From an uncultured Prevotellaceae bacterium (GTDB lineage: Bacteria; Bacteroidota; Bacteroidia; Bacteroidales; Bacteroidaceae), in contig CALFJG010000072.1 in assembly GCA_937877625.1 (NCBI GenBank), forward strand, positions 50,683-114,682: DNA of 64,000 bases, read 5' to 3'. Below the pieces are notes generated by a model that did no database searches, was not told the DNA's origin, and saw nothing but the letters and a program-made list of their open reading frames with translations. Positions 10,399 through 20,859 of the stretch are shown piece after piece. Each line of letters starts with the position of its first letter. Position 1 is the stretch's first letter. Made by a program: the position numbers and the translations under genes.

Positions 10399-12659
10399 CT
10401 GTGTTGTTTATTAGAAGAAAGCTTAATATAGTTCAGTGCCGAGCCCGCTTTGAACCAGTCTATTTGCAAAGCGTTGTACGTGTGGCAAACAGCAACGTGG
10501 TCGTGCTGGCCGTCTGTGTGGATAATGTGTAGGGAAAGGGTACTCTCTGGCGAGAAATGCGTGATGCCTTCAAGGGTGAAACTATCGTCACTCTGTATAA
10601 GGTCGTAGTCATCGGGATGGGCAAAGGTGAGCGCAAGCACGCCTTGCTTCTTGAGGTTCGTTTCGTGGATACGTGCAAAACTCTTAGCCAGAACTATGCG
10701 CACACCGAGATAGCGGGGCTCCATAGCTGCGTGCTCGCGGCTACTGCCTTCGCCATAGTTGTCCTCGGCTACGATAACACTGCCAATACCTGCTTCCAAA
10801 TAAGTCCTTGCTACACTGGCAGGCGTTTCCGATGTTTTTGTCAAAGCATTGAGCGTTCGGCCTGTTTCTCCCGTGAAAGCGTTTGTAGCACCGAGCAAGA
10901 GGTTTTCTGAAATGTTTTGTAGATGTCCACGATAACGCAGCCAAGGTCCAGCCTTAGAGATATGGTCAGTGGTGCATTTCCCACGCACTTTTATAAGTAA
11001 GCGAAGGTCGTTAAAGTCTGCTTCTTTCGGTACAGGAAAAGGTTGCAGGCGTTGCAGACGCTCAGAGTTTTCGGGAATAATTACATCTCCCGCTTCTTCT
11101 GATGGTGCAACATACCCAGCGTGGGTGTTTTCAAAACCGTCTGGTGGCAACTCCTCAGCCTGTGGAGGAGCGAGCAGGACAGAGCAGCCGCTACTATTAT
11201 ATATGGTATCGGTAAGGGGATTAAACTTCAGCGTGCCGCTAAGTGCATAAGCCGCTACCATTTCGGGCGAGCAAACAAAAGCGTAGGTGTTGGGGTTGCC
11301 GTCGGCACGTGCTACAAAGTTTCGGTTGAAACTCGTTACGATGGTATTACGCTCCCCTCGTTCTGCGCCCTCGCGAAGCCATTGACCTATACACGGGCCA
11401 CAAGCATTAGTAAGCACTATGGCTCCTGCCTGGCGCAGGACGTGCATCGCTCCATCGCGCTCCAACGTGGCACGTGTACGCTCCGAGCCTGGGTTTATAT
11501 ACAACTGCGCTTTAGGCGAAAGACCATGTGCCAGTGCTTCTTTTAATACGCTTGCTACACGCGAAATGTCTTGATACGAAGAATTGGTGCAACTACCTAC
11601 TAAAGCCGCCTCTACACGTTCGGGTAACCCCTCGCGCTCTACTTTCTCTGCCATCTTACTCACCGGGCAAGCAGCATCGGGCGTGAATGGACCATTGGCA
11701 TAGGGTTCTATTCCTGAAAGATCTACGTCTATCACGCGGTCGTAGTACATCTCTGGTTGGCGCACCACATCCTCATCGGCATATAGGCCACACATCGAAG
11801 CCCAACGTGCCACATCGGTTCGCCCCGTGGCACACAAGTATTCAGCTATTTTTTCGTCAAAAGGAAAAACGGAGGTTGTTGCTCCTACTTCCGCACCCAT
11901 ATTACATATCGTGGCTTTGCCCGTGGCAGGTAGCGAGCGTGTGCCTTCGCCAAAGTATTCTATGATGCAATTGGTAGCGCCTTTTGTAGTGAGCAGACCG
12001 CAAAGATGCAGTATCACATCTTTAGCCGAAGCCCACGGAGTGAGTTGCCCGCTAAGCCGCACGCCGATGATACGCGGCAGTCGCAGTTCCCATTCCATAC
12101 CCGTCATCACATCTACGGCATCGGCTCCGCCAACACCAATAGCGAGCATACCCAACCCGCCGGCGTTGGGCGTGTGACTATCTGTGCCTACCATCATACC
12201 ACCAGGAAAAGCATAGTTCTCCAAAACTACCTGATGAATGATACCAGCACCCGGCCCCCAGTAACCTATACCGTAATGTGCCGCAGCGGTGCGTAGAAAC
12301 TCGTACACCTCGGCGTTCTCCGCTTTGGCACGGGGAAGGTCGGTCGCCGAGCCTCGTTCGGCACGAATGAGGTGATCAAGGTGTACCGTGGTAGGTACGG
12401 CTGTCTCTTTCATTCCCGTGTTCATAAACTGCAGTAATGCCATTTGTGCCGTAGCATCCTGCATCGCTACACGGTCAGGCCGAAACGTGCCATAGTCCTT
12501 GCCGCGACGAGCATCTTTTAATGCCCCGACATCAGTGGCGTGAGCAAACAATATCTTTTCTGTAAGTGTTAGCGGTTGCCTAAACACCTCGCGTACCTCG
12601 CGAATACGCTCGGAAAAGCGCGTATAGTGTGCCTCAAGCATCTTGCAGTCAAATGTCAT
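10395..12659 (-). CDS. acnA: Aconitate hydratase
   Basis: [51 protein letters not shown]. Confidence 0.93.
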   Translation of the reverse strand: MTFDCKMLEAHYTRFSERIREVREVFRQPLTLTEKILFAHATDVGALKDARRGKDYGTFRPDRVAMQDATAQMALLQFMNTGMKETAVPTTVHLDHLIRAERGSATDLPRAKAENAEVYEFLRTAAAHYGIGYWGPGAGIIHQVVLENYAFPGGMMVGTDSHTPNAGGLGMLAIGVGGADAVDVMTGMEWELRLPRIIGVRLSGQLTPWASAKDVILHLCGLLTTKGATNCIIEYFGEGTRSLPATGKATICNMGAEVGATTSVFPFDEKIAEYLCATGRTDVARWASMCGLYADEDVVRQPEMYYDRVIDVDLSGIEPYANGPFTPDAACPVSKMAEKVEREGLPERVEAALVGSCTNSSYQDISRVASVLKEALAHGLSPKAQLYINPGSERTRATLERDGAMHVLRQAGAIVLTNACGPCIGQWLREGAERGERNTIVTSFNRNFVARADGNPNTYAFVCSPEMVAAYALSGTLKFNPLTDTIYNSSGCSVLLAPPQAEELPPDGFENTHAGYVAPSEEAGDVIIPENSERLQRLQPFPVPKEADFNDLRLLIKVRGKCTTDHISKAGPWLRYRGHLQNISENLLLGATNAFTGETGRTLNALTKTSETPASVARTYLEAGIGSVIVAEDNYGEGSSREHAAMEPRYLGVRIVLAKSFARIHETNLKKQGVLALTFAHPDDYDLIQSDDSFTLEGITHFSPESTLSLHIIHTDGQHDHVAVCHTYNALQIDWFKAGSALNYIKLSSNKQHS

Positions 12660-12917
12660 AGGCGAAAAAGAAAGGTCTCGTTGAAAACATTTTGGGCAAA
12701 GTTAGTGTTTTGGCTTAGCAAGAAGTTAGATAATAGTCCATAATGCTTACTTCGCGGAATGCTTTATCTGTTTTCGCGAAATAGAGTTAGCAAATACAAA
12801 TCATCGTTTCAACAACAAGCGATTAGCAAAGAGACCGCAATGGTTAGCGGCTAACGGTTTTTGTTTCTTTGTAATTGTGTAACTTTGCGGCTGTAATCAA
12901 TCGCTGCTTTTATTTTT

Positions 12918-14468
12918 ATGACACCCCGACTTCTTTGGATTGACGATGAAATAGATATGCTCAAGCCTCATGTGATGTTCTTGGAAAAGAAAGGCTATGA
13001 GGTAGCGACGTGTAACAATGGTTCGGATGCATTGCGCAAATGTACGGCACAGCCGTTCGACCTTATCCTGCTCGACGAGAACATGCCCGGCCTGTCGGGC
13101 TTAGAAACGCTTGAAGGCATCAAGGAGATACAACCCGACGTACCGGTGGTGATGGTGACGAAAAACGAAGAGGAAGACTTGATGGACCAAGCCATCGGTG
13201 CAAAGATTGCCGACTATCTTATCAAGCCCGTCAATCCCAATCAGATACTTCTTACGCTGAAAAAAAACATCCACCAGCGCGAAATTGTGAGCGAGGCAAC
13301 ACAGTCGGCCTATAGCCGTGCTTTTGGTGAGTTGCAGATGCAAATAGCCGACAATCCCGACTTTGAGCAGTGGAAAGAACTCTATCGTAGCTTGGTGCGC
13401 TGGGAGTTGCAACTAAGCGAGAGTGCGGTGCAAATGGGCGATATGCTGGCCACACAAAAAGAGGAGGCCAACGCGCAGTTCTTCCGCTTTGTCAAACGCA
13501 ACTACGAGGACTGGGTGGCCAATCCGCAAGAGCGTCCGTTGATGTCGCCCGATGTGATGAAGCGACGAGTGTTCCCCTTGTTGCGAGAGGGAAAGCGCGT
13601 GATGCTCTTCGTTCTCGACAACTTTCGCTATGATCAATGGCGCGCCCTCTCTCCCGAGCTCTCCGATGATTTTTATATTGACGAAGACCTTTACCTTGGT
13701 ATCCTACCTACCGCTACGGGTTATGCGCGCAATGCTATCTTTGCCGGGCTGATGCCGGCCGATATTAAGAAAATGTATCCCCATCTTTGGGTAGAGGAGA
13801 CAGAAGAGGAGGGGAAGAACCTTCACGAAGAGGATCTCCTGCGCCTGCAAATGGAGCGTTTTCGCCAAAAAGAGCGTTTCAGTTATCACAAGCTCAACGA
13901 CAGCCAGGCAGTGGAGCGTTTGTTGAATGCCATGCCTGCCGAGAGCGACGTACCTTTCACGGTGTTTGTAGTGAACTTTATAGACATCCTCTCCCATGCA
14001 CGCACCGACTCACGAATGGTGCGCGAACTGGCGCGCGACGAGGCCGCATACCGCAGTATCACATTGTCGTGGTTTCGCCACACAGCGGTGAAAGAACTTT
14101 TTGCAGCACTTGCCAAGAAAGACGTAGAAATCCTTATCACCACCGACCACGGCAGTATCTACGTGGATACGCCCGTAAAAGTTATTGGCGACCGCGAGGT
14201 GAACACCAACCTGCGCTACAAACTTGGACGCAACCTCAGTTATCCGCAGCGCGAAGTCTTTGAAATGAAAAAGCCGGAACGCTTCGGGCTGCCCGCACCC
14301 AACCTTTCTACTACGTATATCTATACCAGTGGCCGACGCTTTTTTGCTTATCCCAACAATTACAACCACTATGTGCAGTACTATCGCAACACCTTCCAGC
14401 ACGGTGGTATCTCTATGGAGGAAATGCTTATTCCGCTGGTTGTGTTACACCCTAAAAGCAGGCGTTGA
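12918..14468 (+). CDS. porX: Response regulator with PglZ/alkaline-phosphatase domain (T9SS regulator PorX)
   Basis: Receiver domain (LLWIDDE, LLDENMPG) fused to PglZ-like domain (DNFRYDQW, LPTAT, TTDHG, FQHGGIS). Confidence 0.88.
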   Translation: MTPRLLWIDDEIDMLKPHVMFLEKKGYEVATCNNGSDALRKCTAQPFDLILLDENMPGLSGLETLEGIKEIQPDVPVVMVTKNEEEDLMDQAIGAKIADYLIKPVNPNQILLTLKKNIHQREIVSEATQSAYSRAFGELQMQIADNPDFEQWKELYRSLVRWELQLSESAVQMGDMLATQKEEANAQFFRFVKRNYEDWVANPQERPLMSPDVMKRRVFPLLREGKRVMLFVLDNFRYDQWRALSPELSDDFYIDEDLYLGILPTATGYARNAIFAGLMPADIKKMYPHLWVEETEEEGKNLHEEDLLRLQMERFRQKERFSYHKLNDSQAVERLLNAMPAESDVPFTVFVVNFIDILSHARTDSRMVRELARDEAAYRSITLSWFRHTAVKELFAALAKKDVEILITTDHGSIYVDTPVKVIGDREVNTNLRYKLGRNLSYPQREVFEMKKPERFGLPAPNLSTTYIYTSGRRFFAYPNNYNHYVQYYRNTFQHGGISMEEMLIPLVVLHPKSRR

Positions 14469-14498
14469 AAAATAAGGTTCGTCTTACATTGAACTATT

Positions 14499-14548
14499 AA
14501 AAAAAACACTGCGGCTACGCTTGTAGGAGATACGAGCATAGCCGCAGT
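14499..14548 (-). terminator. Intrinsic terminator between convergent genes
   Basis: Stem actgcggctacgcttgta / tacgagcatagccgcagt with A8 at 14499-14506 (U tract on minus strand). Confidence 0.7.
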
Positions 14549-14568
14549 TTGTTTGAAACGGGATGACG

Positions 14569-15093
14569 TTAGAAGTCCGGGCCACCACCGCCGGGGCCGC
14601 CACCAGGGAAGCCACCGGGGAAGCCACCGGGGAAATCGCCAGACTCGCTATCGCTGTTGTTTCCACGTTGGCGCTGTTCGCCACCGCGCGGACGCATACC
14701 ACCCACCATTACACGATATACTTGTTTCTCTGTGAGGCGTGTGCGGAACTTTGCTAAGTATTCGCGCTTGAGAGCCGTTGCTGCGTCGTCCTTTTGCAGA
14801 CTTTGCTCAATGAGTGCCGTTACATCGGCATCGGCCATTCCCTCAAGAACTTTGTCATCTACACGCTCTGCACGCTGAGTAGCCATCAATGTGTCGCGAT
14901 ACTCCACATAGAGCGGAATGAACCACTCCTTGGTATCGCCTGTGAGTTTCATTTCTTTAGCCATCTGCTCAGCCATACGTTGCATACCTTGACGGGGGTC
15001 GCCGTTACGATTTCTGCCTCCGTTTCCTCGGTTTTGTGCGGCTGCCGTAAGACCTACTAAGGCCACGGCAAGAAGAATAAGGATTTTTCTCAT
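14569..15093 (-). CDS. Exported helical protein with Gly/Pro/Phe low-complexity tail
   Basis: Start moved to MRKILILLAVALVGLTAAAQ (signal peptide); C-terminal FPGG repeats from a 12-bp tandem repeat. Confidence 0.7.
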   Translation of the reverse strand: MRKILILLAVALVGLTAAAQNRGNGGRNRNGDPRQGMQRMAEQMAKEMKLTGDTKEWFIPLYVEYRDTLMATQRAERVDDKVLEGMADADVTALIEQSLQKDDAATALKREYLAKFRTRLTEKQVYRVMVGGMRPRGGEQRQRGNNSDSESGDFPGGFPGGFPGGGPGGGGPDF

Positions 15094-15133
15094 AATGTGA
15101 TAAAAATGTTTGATTTGTTTTCTCTTTGTCTTT

Positions 15134-15158
15134 GACGGAAGCAGCTGCAAAAGGTTTA
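15134..15158 (-). promoter_or_regulatory. Candidate ECF-sigma promoter
   Basis: Minus strand TAAACC-N15-CGTC, matching the generic ECF AAC/CGT pattern, about 40 nt upstream of ATG 15093. Confidence 0.45.
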
Positions 15159-15250
15159 ATCCAAGTCTGTCATAAAACCGAAAAAGTGTTTTTGGCCGTA
15201 AAACATCTCATACATAATGTCTAACGACGGGTCTGGGGTTTTACCACGAC

Positions 15251-15306
15251 ACCCTAAATCCCACAAAGTACACCTAAGGTTTGGTGTACGTTGTGGGATT
15301 TAGGGT
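15251..15306. repeat. 24-bp inverted repeat downstream of tmRNA
   Basis: accctaaatcccacaaagtacacc / ggtgtacgttgtgggatttagggt, 1 mismatch, 8-nt loop. Confidence 0.85.
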
Positions 15307-15336
15307 AGTCAAGACTCTTTTTCTTAACTATTTCAT

Positions 15337-15742
15337 TGGTGGAGCTGGAGGGGATTGAACCCTCGTCCAAACGAAGAACGAATGTGCTTTCTACACGCTT
15401 AGTCCTGTTTTTGTTTTCGATCGAGGCCGCGGTCAGGACAACCAAAGACATCGCCTTATCCTCTTTTGAATGTTCGCCCGGGGTGCGAGGCCACCGGGGG
15501 CTATTCCCGATTTTGCTGCACCGCCCACATAGAAATCGCCTCGGAAAAAGGGCTACTTCGGGCGATGTCTCGTCCCCGCTCCTGGAGCGAGGATAAAGGT
15601 AAACTTACTATGCTTCAGTTTACGCAGCGAGAGCGTAAGAGTTTTCGCCAATTAGTTGTCGAAGGCCGAGATTAGAGTGCCCACCTACGGCGCACTGCGT
15701 GCTTACAAACCCCTTCTTTCGCTGTCAAATCCATTCAGCCCC
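15337..15742 (-). ncRNA. ssrA: tmRNA
   Basis: 5' GGGGCTGAATGGATTTGACAGC; 3' GGTTCAATCCCCTCCAGCTCCACCA; tag frame 15649-15620 encodes GENSYALAA*; promoter TACTTTTG at 15771-15778. Confidence 0.97.
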
Positions 15743-15935
15743 GAAGAATACATGGTTCGTACTTGCTCGGCAAAAGTACACCGCCAATGATAGGTTGCAA
15801 AAAAATAAGCGGATTTTTAGATTTCTTTAACCAAAAACAGATACAAATCTATTCTTCCGATAGTTTGTTGGAGGCTTTTTCTCTACTTTTGCATCTGTCT
15901 TAGCAAACTTGTCAGAACTCTAAAAACCTTTCATA

Positions 15936-17018
15936 ATGAAACCTTTTACTAAAATCTTTCTTGCCCCTGCCCTGCTGTTGGCTTTTTTGGCAGCGTGCGA
16001 CGATGATGAAAGCACAGTGTTGGAAATCACCGATGAGCCGAGTGTAATTGTAATAAACCAAGGCTTGATGGGTGGCGTTTCTGGTACGCTCGACTTGCTG
16101 ACCCTCAACGACGGCGTGTACACCCCCTCGTATAAGAGCTTGGAGGGTACGCCCGAAAACATAGTGGAGTGTGGTGGATACATCTTTGTGCCGCAATATG
16201 AGCGCAGCGCAGTGGCTGTGTTCGACAAAAGCTCGCTGCGTGCCGTAGGTAGCATTGCTGTTCCCACCCCACAGAGCGTATGCACGGACGGCAATCAAGT
16301 GTTTGCCGTGGGTGCGGATAGTATCTTCCGCATCAATGCCACAAGTTTAGAGGTTGAGCAGAAAGACACCGTAGGACACACGGCTTATGCCTCTGTTTGT
16401 GCGAATGGCTCTGTTTATGTGGCTATCGGTCGTGGTTTGGGGCAGGAAGAAGGTGGCAACTTCTTGGCAAAGGTAAACCCCGCAACGCTTCAGCGCGAAT
16501 ATATTGTTGTGGGCTTGAACCCCTATAATCAGATAGCGACCGACGATGCAGGCAATGTATTTGTTGTTTGCACGGGCAACTACTACGACATTCCCTCCGC
16601 TGTCTATAAAGTGTCGTCCTCAGGCACAGCAACTAATGTTTGTCCTGGTACGTATATAGACGTTTGCGACGGGGTGCTTTACGTAGTGGGGCGCACGAGT
16701 ACCTTCGACGACGTTTGGAACGAGAGGAGTTCGTGTACCTACCAAACCTATGCCGCAAGCACTGGCACACTGCTTAGCGACGATTTTCTCTCGTCTGCCT
16801 CGGAACGCCCCGTGGCGGCTACGTTTGTGAAGGTAAACCCCAGCGGCGGCGACATCTATGTGGGCGAGAACGGACTTACCGAGAGCGGCACGGTTAGTTA
16901 CACCTCGGCAGGGAGCGTTTATCGCTTTGATGCCGGCGGAGAGGTTATAGCCAAATACGCTGCAGGCGTTAACCCCTACGCAATGCTTTTTGTGAATAGA
17001 CGGGTTGCCAACCAATAA
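15936..17018 (+). CDS. Surface lipoprotein, YncE/DUF5074-like beta-propeller
   Basis: Lipobox LAAC followed by acidic DDDES; repeated beta-strand motifs; C-terminal AGVNP. Confidence 0.7.
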   Translation: MKPFTKIFLAPALLLAFLAACDDDESTVLEITDEPSVIVINQGLMGGVSGTLDLLTLNDGVYTPSYKSLEGTPENIVECGGYIFVPQYERSAVAVFDKSSLRAVGSIAVPTPQSVCTDGNQVFAVGADSIFRINATSLEVEQKDTVGHTAYASVCANGSVYVAIGRGLGQEEGGNFLAKVNPATLQREYIVVGLNPYNQIATDDAGNVFVVCTGNYYDIPSAVYKVSSSGTATNVCPGTYIDVCDGVLYVVGRTSTFDDVWNERSSCTYQTYAASTGTLLSDDFLSSASERPVAATFVKVNPSGGDIYVGENGLTESGTVSYTSAGSVYRFDAGGEVIAKYAAGVNPYAMLFVNRRVANQ

Positions 17019-17052
17019 CTTTTTACCCATCAGCGCAAATCTTCGCTTCGCC

Positions 17053-18537
17053 ATGTCTGAGAGCCTTAAGGAGCGTACGGCACGAAACCTCTTCTGGAGC
17101 GGGTTTTCAAGCGTAGCAACACAACTGCTGAACTTGGTGTTCGGCATTGTGTTGGCCAACTTGCTCACGCCCGAGGACTATGGTATGGTTGGCGTGCTGC
17201 TGGTGTTCACCGTAGTGGCCGGGGCGTTGCAAGAAAGCGGATTTATTGCTGCGATAGCAAACTTAAAACGTGCCACGGCGCGCGACTACAACTCAGTATT
17301 TTGGTTCAGCGTGGTGATGAGCCTTGCTATCTACGCCGTGTTATTTGCCTGCGCGCCGCTCATTGCCGATTTCTTTGGCAAAGCGGAGTTGTGCCGCTTG
17401 GCGCGCTTTGTGTTTTTCTCAAGCGTCATAGCAGGTTTCGGTACGGCCTTTTCCGCCTATATGTTTCGCGAACTGATGAACCGCGAGAAAGCCGTGCTCG
17501 GTGTTGTGTCGCTCCTGTGCAGCGGCGGGGTGGGCATTGTGTTGGCGGCCTGCGGATATAGTTATTGGAGTTTGGCGTGGCAACAGATTGTTTATGTGGG
17601 AGCGTTCTTTGTGGGGCGATTCCTTTGTGTGCCTTGGCGTCCGTCGTTGCAGATAGATTTTGGCCCCGTGCGCCAGATGTTTGGCTTTAGCAGCAAACTC
17701 TTAGTAACGAATATCGTCAACGGCCTTTCTAACAACATCCTCTCGCTCGTCTTTGGCAAGATTTTCGCCGGGCAGATGCACCTCGTGGGCTTTTTCACTC
17801 AGGCGAATAAATGGAACACGATGGCGGCGGGTGTGGTGAGCGACACAGTGAAACCTGTGGCGCAGCCGATACTCTCGTCTATCGGCGAAAGCCTGAGCGG
17901 ACGCTTACGCGCGTTCCGCAAGATGCTTCGCTTCACGTCGTTTCTTTGTTTTCCCGTTATGATAGGTCTGAGCAGTGTGAGCGAGGAGTTTCTTCTTGTC
18001 ACCGTGGGTGCGAAGTGGCTGGGCAGTGTGCCGCTGTTGCGCTTGCTATGTATCGGCGGGGCGTTCTTGCCGTTGCACGCCCTTTTCCAGCAAATGACGG
18101 TGGCTGCAGGAAAAAGCGGGGTGTATATGCGTATGAACGTGTTGTTGATTGTGTTGCAAGTAGGGGCGGTGTTGTGTGCCGCGTCGTATGGTATGGAAAC
18201 GATGGTGGCGGTGTATGCCGCGCTGAACGTGTTGTGGTTTTTTGTGTGGCACGTGGCGGCGTCGCGCTTTGTGGGTTTGCGGCTGACGGATTTGCTGCGC
18301 GACACGCTACCTTTTCTTCTCATCGCTGTGTTCTCCGTGGGTGTGGTATATTTTGCCACAACAGGCATCGCAGCAATGGTGTTGCGCCTTGCCGTGCGGA
18401 CGGTATTAGCGGCAGGTGCTTATTTTCTTATTTTGTTTGTGCTTCATGCCACGATTTTGCGCGAGGCATTGGCGTTCATCCGCCCGAAGAAAAAGCCCGG
18501 AAAGCACTTCGCAGCACTTTCCGGGCTTAAGGGGTAA
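17053..18537 (+). CDS. Polysaccharide flippase (WzxC/MOP family)
   Basis: Start at MSESLKERT; LANLLTPEDYG motif; many TM helices. Confidence 0.85.
   Translation: MSESLKERTARNLFWSGFSSVATQLLNLVFGIVLANLLTPEDYGMVGVLLVFTVVAGALQESGFIAAIANLKRATARDYNSVFWFSVVMSLAIYAVLFACAPLIADFFGKAELCRLARFVFFSSVIAGFGTAFSAYMFRELMNREKAVLGVVSLLCSGGVGIVLAACGYSYWSLAWQQIVYVGAFFVGRFLCVPWRPSLQIDFGPVRQMFGFSSKLLVTNIVNGLSNNILSLVFGKIFAGQMHLVGFFTQANKWNTMAAGVVSDTVKPVAQPILSSIGESLSGRLRAFRKMLRFTSFLCFPVMIGLSSVSEEFLLVTVGAKWLGSVPLLRLLCIGGAFLPLHALFQQMTVAAGKSGVYMRMNVLLIVLQVGAVLCAASYGMETMVAVYAALNVLWFFVWHVAASRFVGLRLTDLLRDTLPFLLIAVFSVGVVYFATTGIAAMVLRLAVRTVLAAGAYFLILFVLHATILREALAFIRPKKKPGKHFAALSGLKG
18490..18528 (-). terminator. Terminator for the oxaloacetate decarboxylase-like gene, inside the flippase 3' end
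   Basis: aagcccggaaag / ctttccgggctt 12-bp stem preceded by an A run. Confidence 0.65.
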
Positions 18538-18555
18538 GAACACTTCCTTAACGTG

Positions 18556-20340
18556 TTATGCCTCGGGGCGTTGTATGTAGGCCAGCACGTCGCCTTTGTT
18601 GACGTGGCTGCCTTGTCGGGCGCATATTTCTACTAATTTGCCGCCCAAGGCCGCAGGTATTTCTAAGATGCTGCCGTGTCCGTTTTCTATATAGCAGAAG
18701 CGTTCTGCCTCGGTGTATTCCTTTCCGATGTAGGGTTCTATGGCAGCCACGGCCTCGCCCTCGCCGAGTATTTCGTAGAGCACGATGCCGCTTTCTGTGG
18801 CTACCAGCGCATCGGCCTTCGCGTGTTTGAAGGCTGTGGCTTCCTCCAAACTCATTTTGTTGCTGCCTTGTAGGGCTTGGTCTTTGGCCTGTTGCAGGTC
18901 GGCGAGGAAGCGTTTTTTTGCTTCTCCGCTCTTGTAGTCGCGGTATTGGCGCTCGTGCATAGCAAACTCGTAGAGTTCCTCCTCGTCTTGTCCGACATCC
19001 CAACCATTGGCCGCCATTTCTTCGCGAAATTTGTCGAGGCAGTCGGGATAAAGCGCTTGTGGGTCGTCGGTATAGAACGTATAGCCTTTCTCCTCGGCCA
19101 GTGCAACAATCTCGGGAGCCACAGGGCCAGGCAGGTGGCCGCTCTTTCCGAGAATCATACCCCACATGTTGTCGTCCATCATTGAGAAACGCGGCTTGTC
19201 CATTGATTGGCAGAGCAGGTTCATCAGTGCGATGTTCTTCACATACTGGCTGAAGGGTGTAACCAAGGGTGGATAGCCCACTCTTGGCCATACATAGCCC
19301 ACTTCGTCGAAGAGGCGAATGAGGAGTTGGTCCTCGGTATAGGCGGGTTCGCCTTTCTTTTCGCGGTTCATATTTATAGCACCCATCGCGCCTTTGAGGT
19401 CGGCCATCATCGAACCCATCATCCCGCCCGGCAGACCGCTGCCGAGCAGGAGCGAAGATTCCAAGTGGTTGTTCGGATTAACGAAGTAGCCAAGGAAGTC
19501 GTCGAGGAACTCTTGTGTGAGTGCGCGTGCCTCCATATAGGCTTCCATATTGATGTCGGGAACATCGTATCCGCTGTTGCGGAGCATGCTCTGTACGGAA
19601 ATGATGTCGGCATGTCCTTTTCCCCACGACAGCGGCTCCATGGCGGTGTCGATGATGTCAACACCGTTGCGTGCCAGTTCAAGTATGCTTGCCATCTGTA
19701 GCCCTGGCCCGCTGTGTCCGTGGTATTCCACAATGACCTCGGGGTGTTTGGCCTTGATGAGCCCACAAAGTTCGCCGAGCAGCGCGGGTTGGCCGATACC
19801 CGCCATATCTTTGAGGCATATCTCGGGTGCTCCGGCCTCAATGAGTTGGTCGGCGATGTCGGCATAATAGGCTGCGGTGTGGATGGGAGAATTGGTGATA
19901 CAGAGCGTGCCTTGCGGTATCATGCCTGCTTCAAGCGCCCAGCGGATAGACGGAATGATGTTGCGCACGTCGTTGAGTCCGCAGAAGATGCGCGGGATGT
20001 CCACTCCCTGAGCGTGTTTCACCTTGTATTGAAGGCGGCGGAGGTCGGCAGAGCAGGGAAACATACGCAAGGCGTTGAGGCCTCTGTCGAGCATATGGGT
20101 CTGTATGCCTGCAGCGTGGTAGATCTTGGTGACGGCACGCACGGCGGCGTTGGGGTTCTCGCCGTAGAGGAGATTTACCTGTTCAAATGCGCCGCCGTTG
20201 GTTTCCACACGGGCGAAGCAGCCCATACGTACGATAACGGGGGCAATGCGTTCTAATTGATCCTTACGCGGCTGGAATTTGCCGTAACTTTGAAACATAT
20301 CTCGGTAAACGAGACTGAATTGTATCTTTCGTTTTGCCAT
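18556..20340 (-). CDS. Oxaloacetate decarboxylase alpha / pyruvate carboxylase subunit B-like carboxyltransferase
   Basis: YRDMFQS, ETNGGA, CLKDMAG, HGHSGPG, LPGGMMG, YPPLVTPFSQ; biotinyl-like C-terminal fold. Confidence 0.85.
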   Translation of the reverse strand: MAKRKIQFSLVYRDMFQSYGKFQPRKDQLERIAPVIVRMGCFARVETNGGAFEQVNLLYGENPNAAVRAVTKIYHAAGIQTHMLDRGLNALRMFPCSADLRRLQYKVKHAQGVDIPRIFCGLNDVRNIIPSIRWALEAGMIPQGTLCITNSPIHTAAYYADIADQLIEAGAPEICLKDMAGIGQPALLGELCGLIKAKHPEVIVEYHGHSGPGLQMASILELARNGVDIIDTAMEPLSWGKGHADIISVQSMLRNSGYDVPDINMEAYMEARALTQEFLDDFLGYFVNPNNHLESSLLLGSGLPGGMMGSMMADLKGAMGAINMNREKKGEPAYTEDQLLIRLFDEVGYVWPRVGYPPLVTPFSQYVKNIALMNLLCQSMDKPRFSMMDDNMWGMILGKSGHLPGPVAPEIVALAEEKGYTFYTDDPQALYPDCLDKFREEMAANGWDVGQDEEELYEFAMHERQYRDYKSGEAKKRFLADLQQAKDQALQGSNKMSLEEATAFKHAKADALVATESGIVLYEILGEGEAVAAIEPYIGKEYTEAERFCYIENGHGSILEIPAALGGKLVEICARQGSHVNKGDVLAYIQRPEA

Positions 20341-20660
20341 AGTCTTTTAAGGAATGTCGGTAGTTTGTTGCGCGTTGCTTGATGTGGCAAGGCTAACTTG
20401 ACAGGCGGAGCGAGTGATAGCCTCGGCGGGGCAACAAAGCGGGGCAAAAATAGTTCAATCTGAACGATTGTGCAAATCTATGGCCTTTTTTCCTTTATTG
20501 AAAGCCTTTATCTTGACTATGACTATAGGAGTTTGTTCAACGGAAATGCGCTTGTGGGAGTTTTGTTGCGCCAGATTGCTGAGCTTTTTTGCTTGCAGAC
20601 GGTCAGTTGAAGAGTGAGTGTAGCGAGCTACACGACCGATGAAACTTACAGCAGGAAGCA

Positions 20661-20738
20661 AAAAAGAGCCATAAAGACGACAAAAGGTTAAAGCCCCAAC
20701 TATGTCAAACTTAAGCGTGGAAATGAACAGAACGCACC
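20661..20738. repeat. 78-bp dispersed direct repeat, copy 1
   Basis: Ungapped match to 32464-32541 with 7 mismatches. Confidence 0.85.
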
Positions 20739-20859
20739 CTAAAAACAAAAGAGGAGAATTGGTGTTGCTTGCTGTAGGAGCGGTTGCATAGGTGGCTAAT
20801 CAAAGCACGAGGACGCACAAGCCTTGTGCATCCCCGCATTCACATATTAACCAACTTCA

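Noticed and set aside
15150..15340. Prophage or integrative element at the ssrA 3' end
   Set aside because: No integrase and no duplicated ssrA 3' end seen in the window.
15254..15675. Short ORFs over the tmRNA
   Set aside because: Explained by ssrA; only the tag frame is meaningful.
15780..15935. Cobalamin riboswitch before the beta-propeller lipoprotein
   Set aside because: No B12-box seen and the predicted leader is only about 40 nt.
20455..20748. 97-aa minus-strand ORF
   Set aside because: Runs through the 78-bp non-coding repeat, has no motifs and lacks a convincing start.
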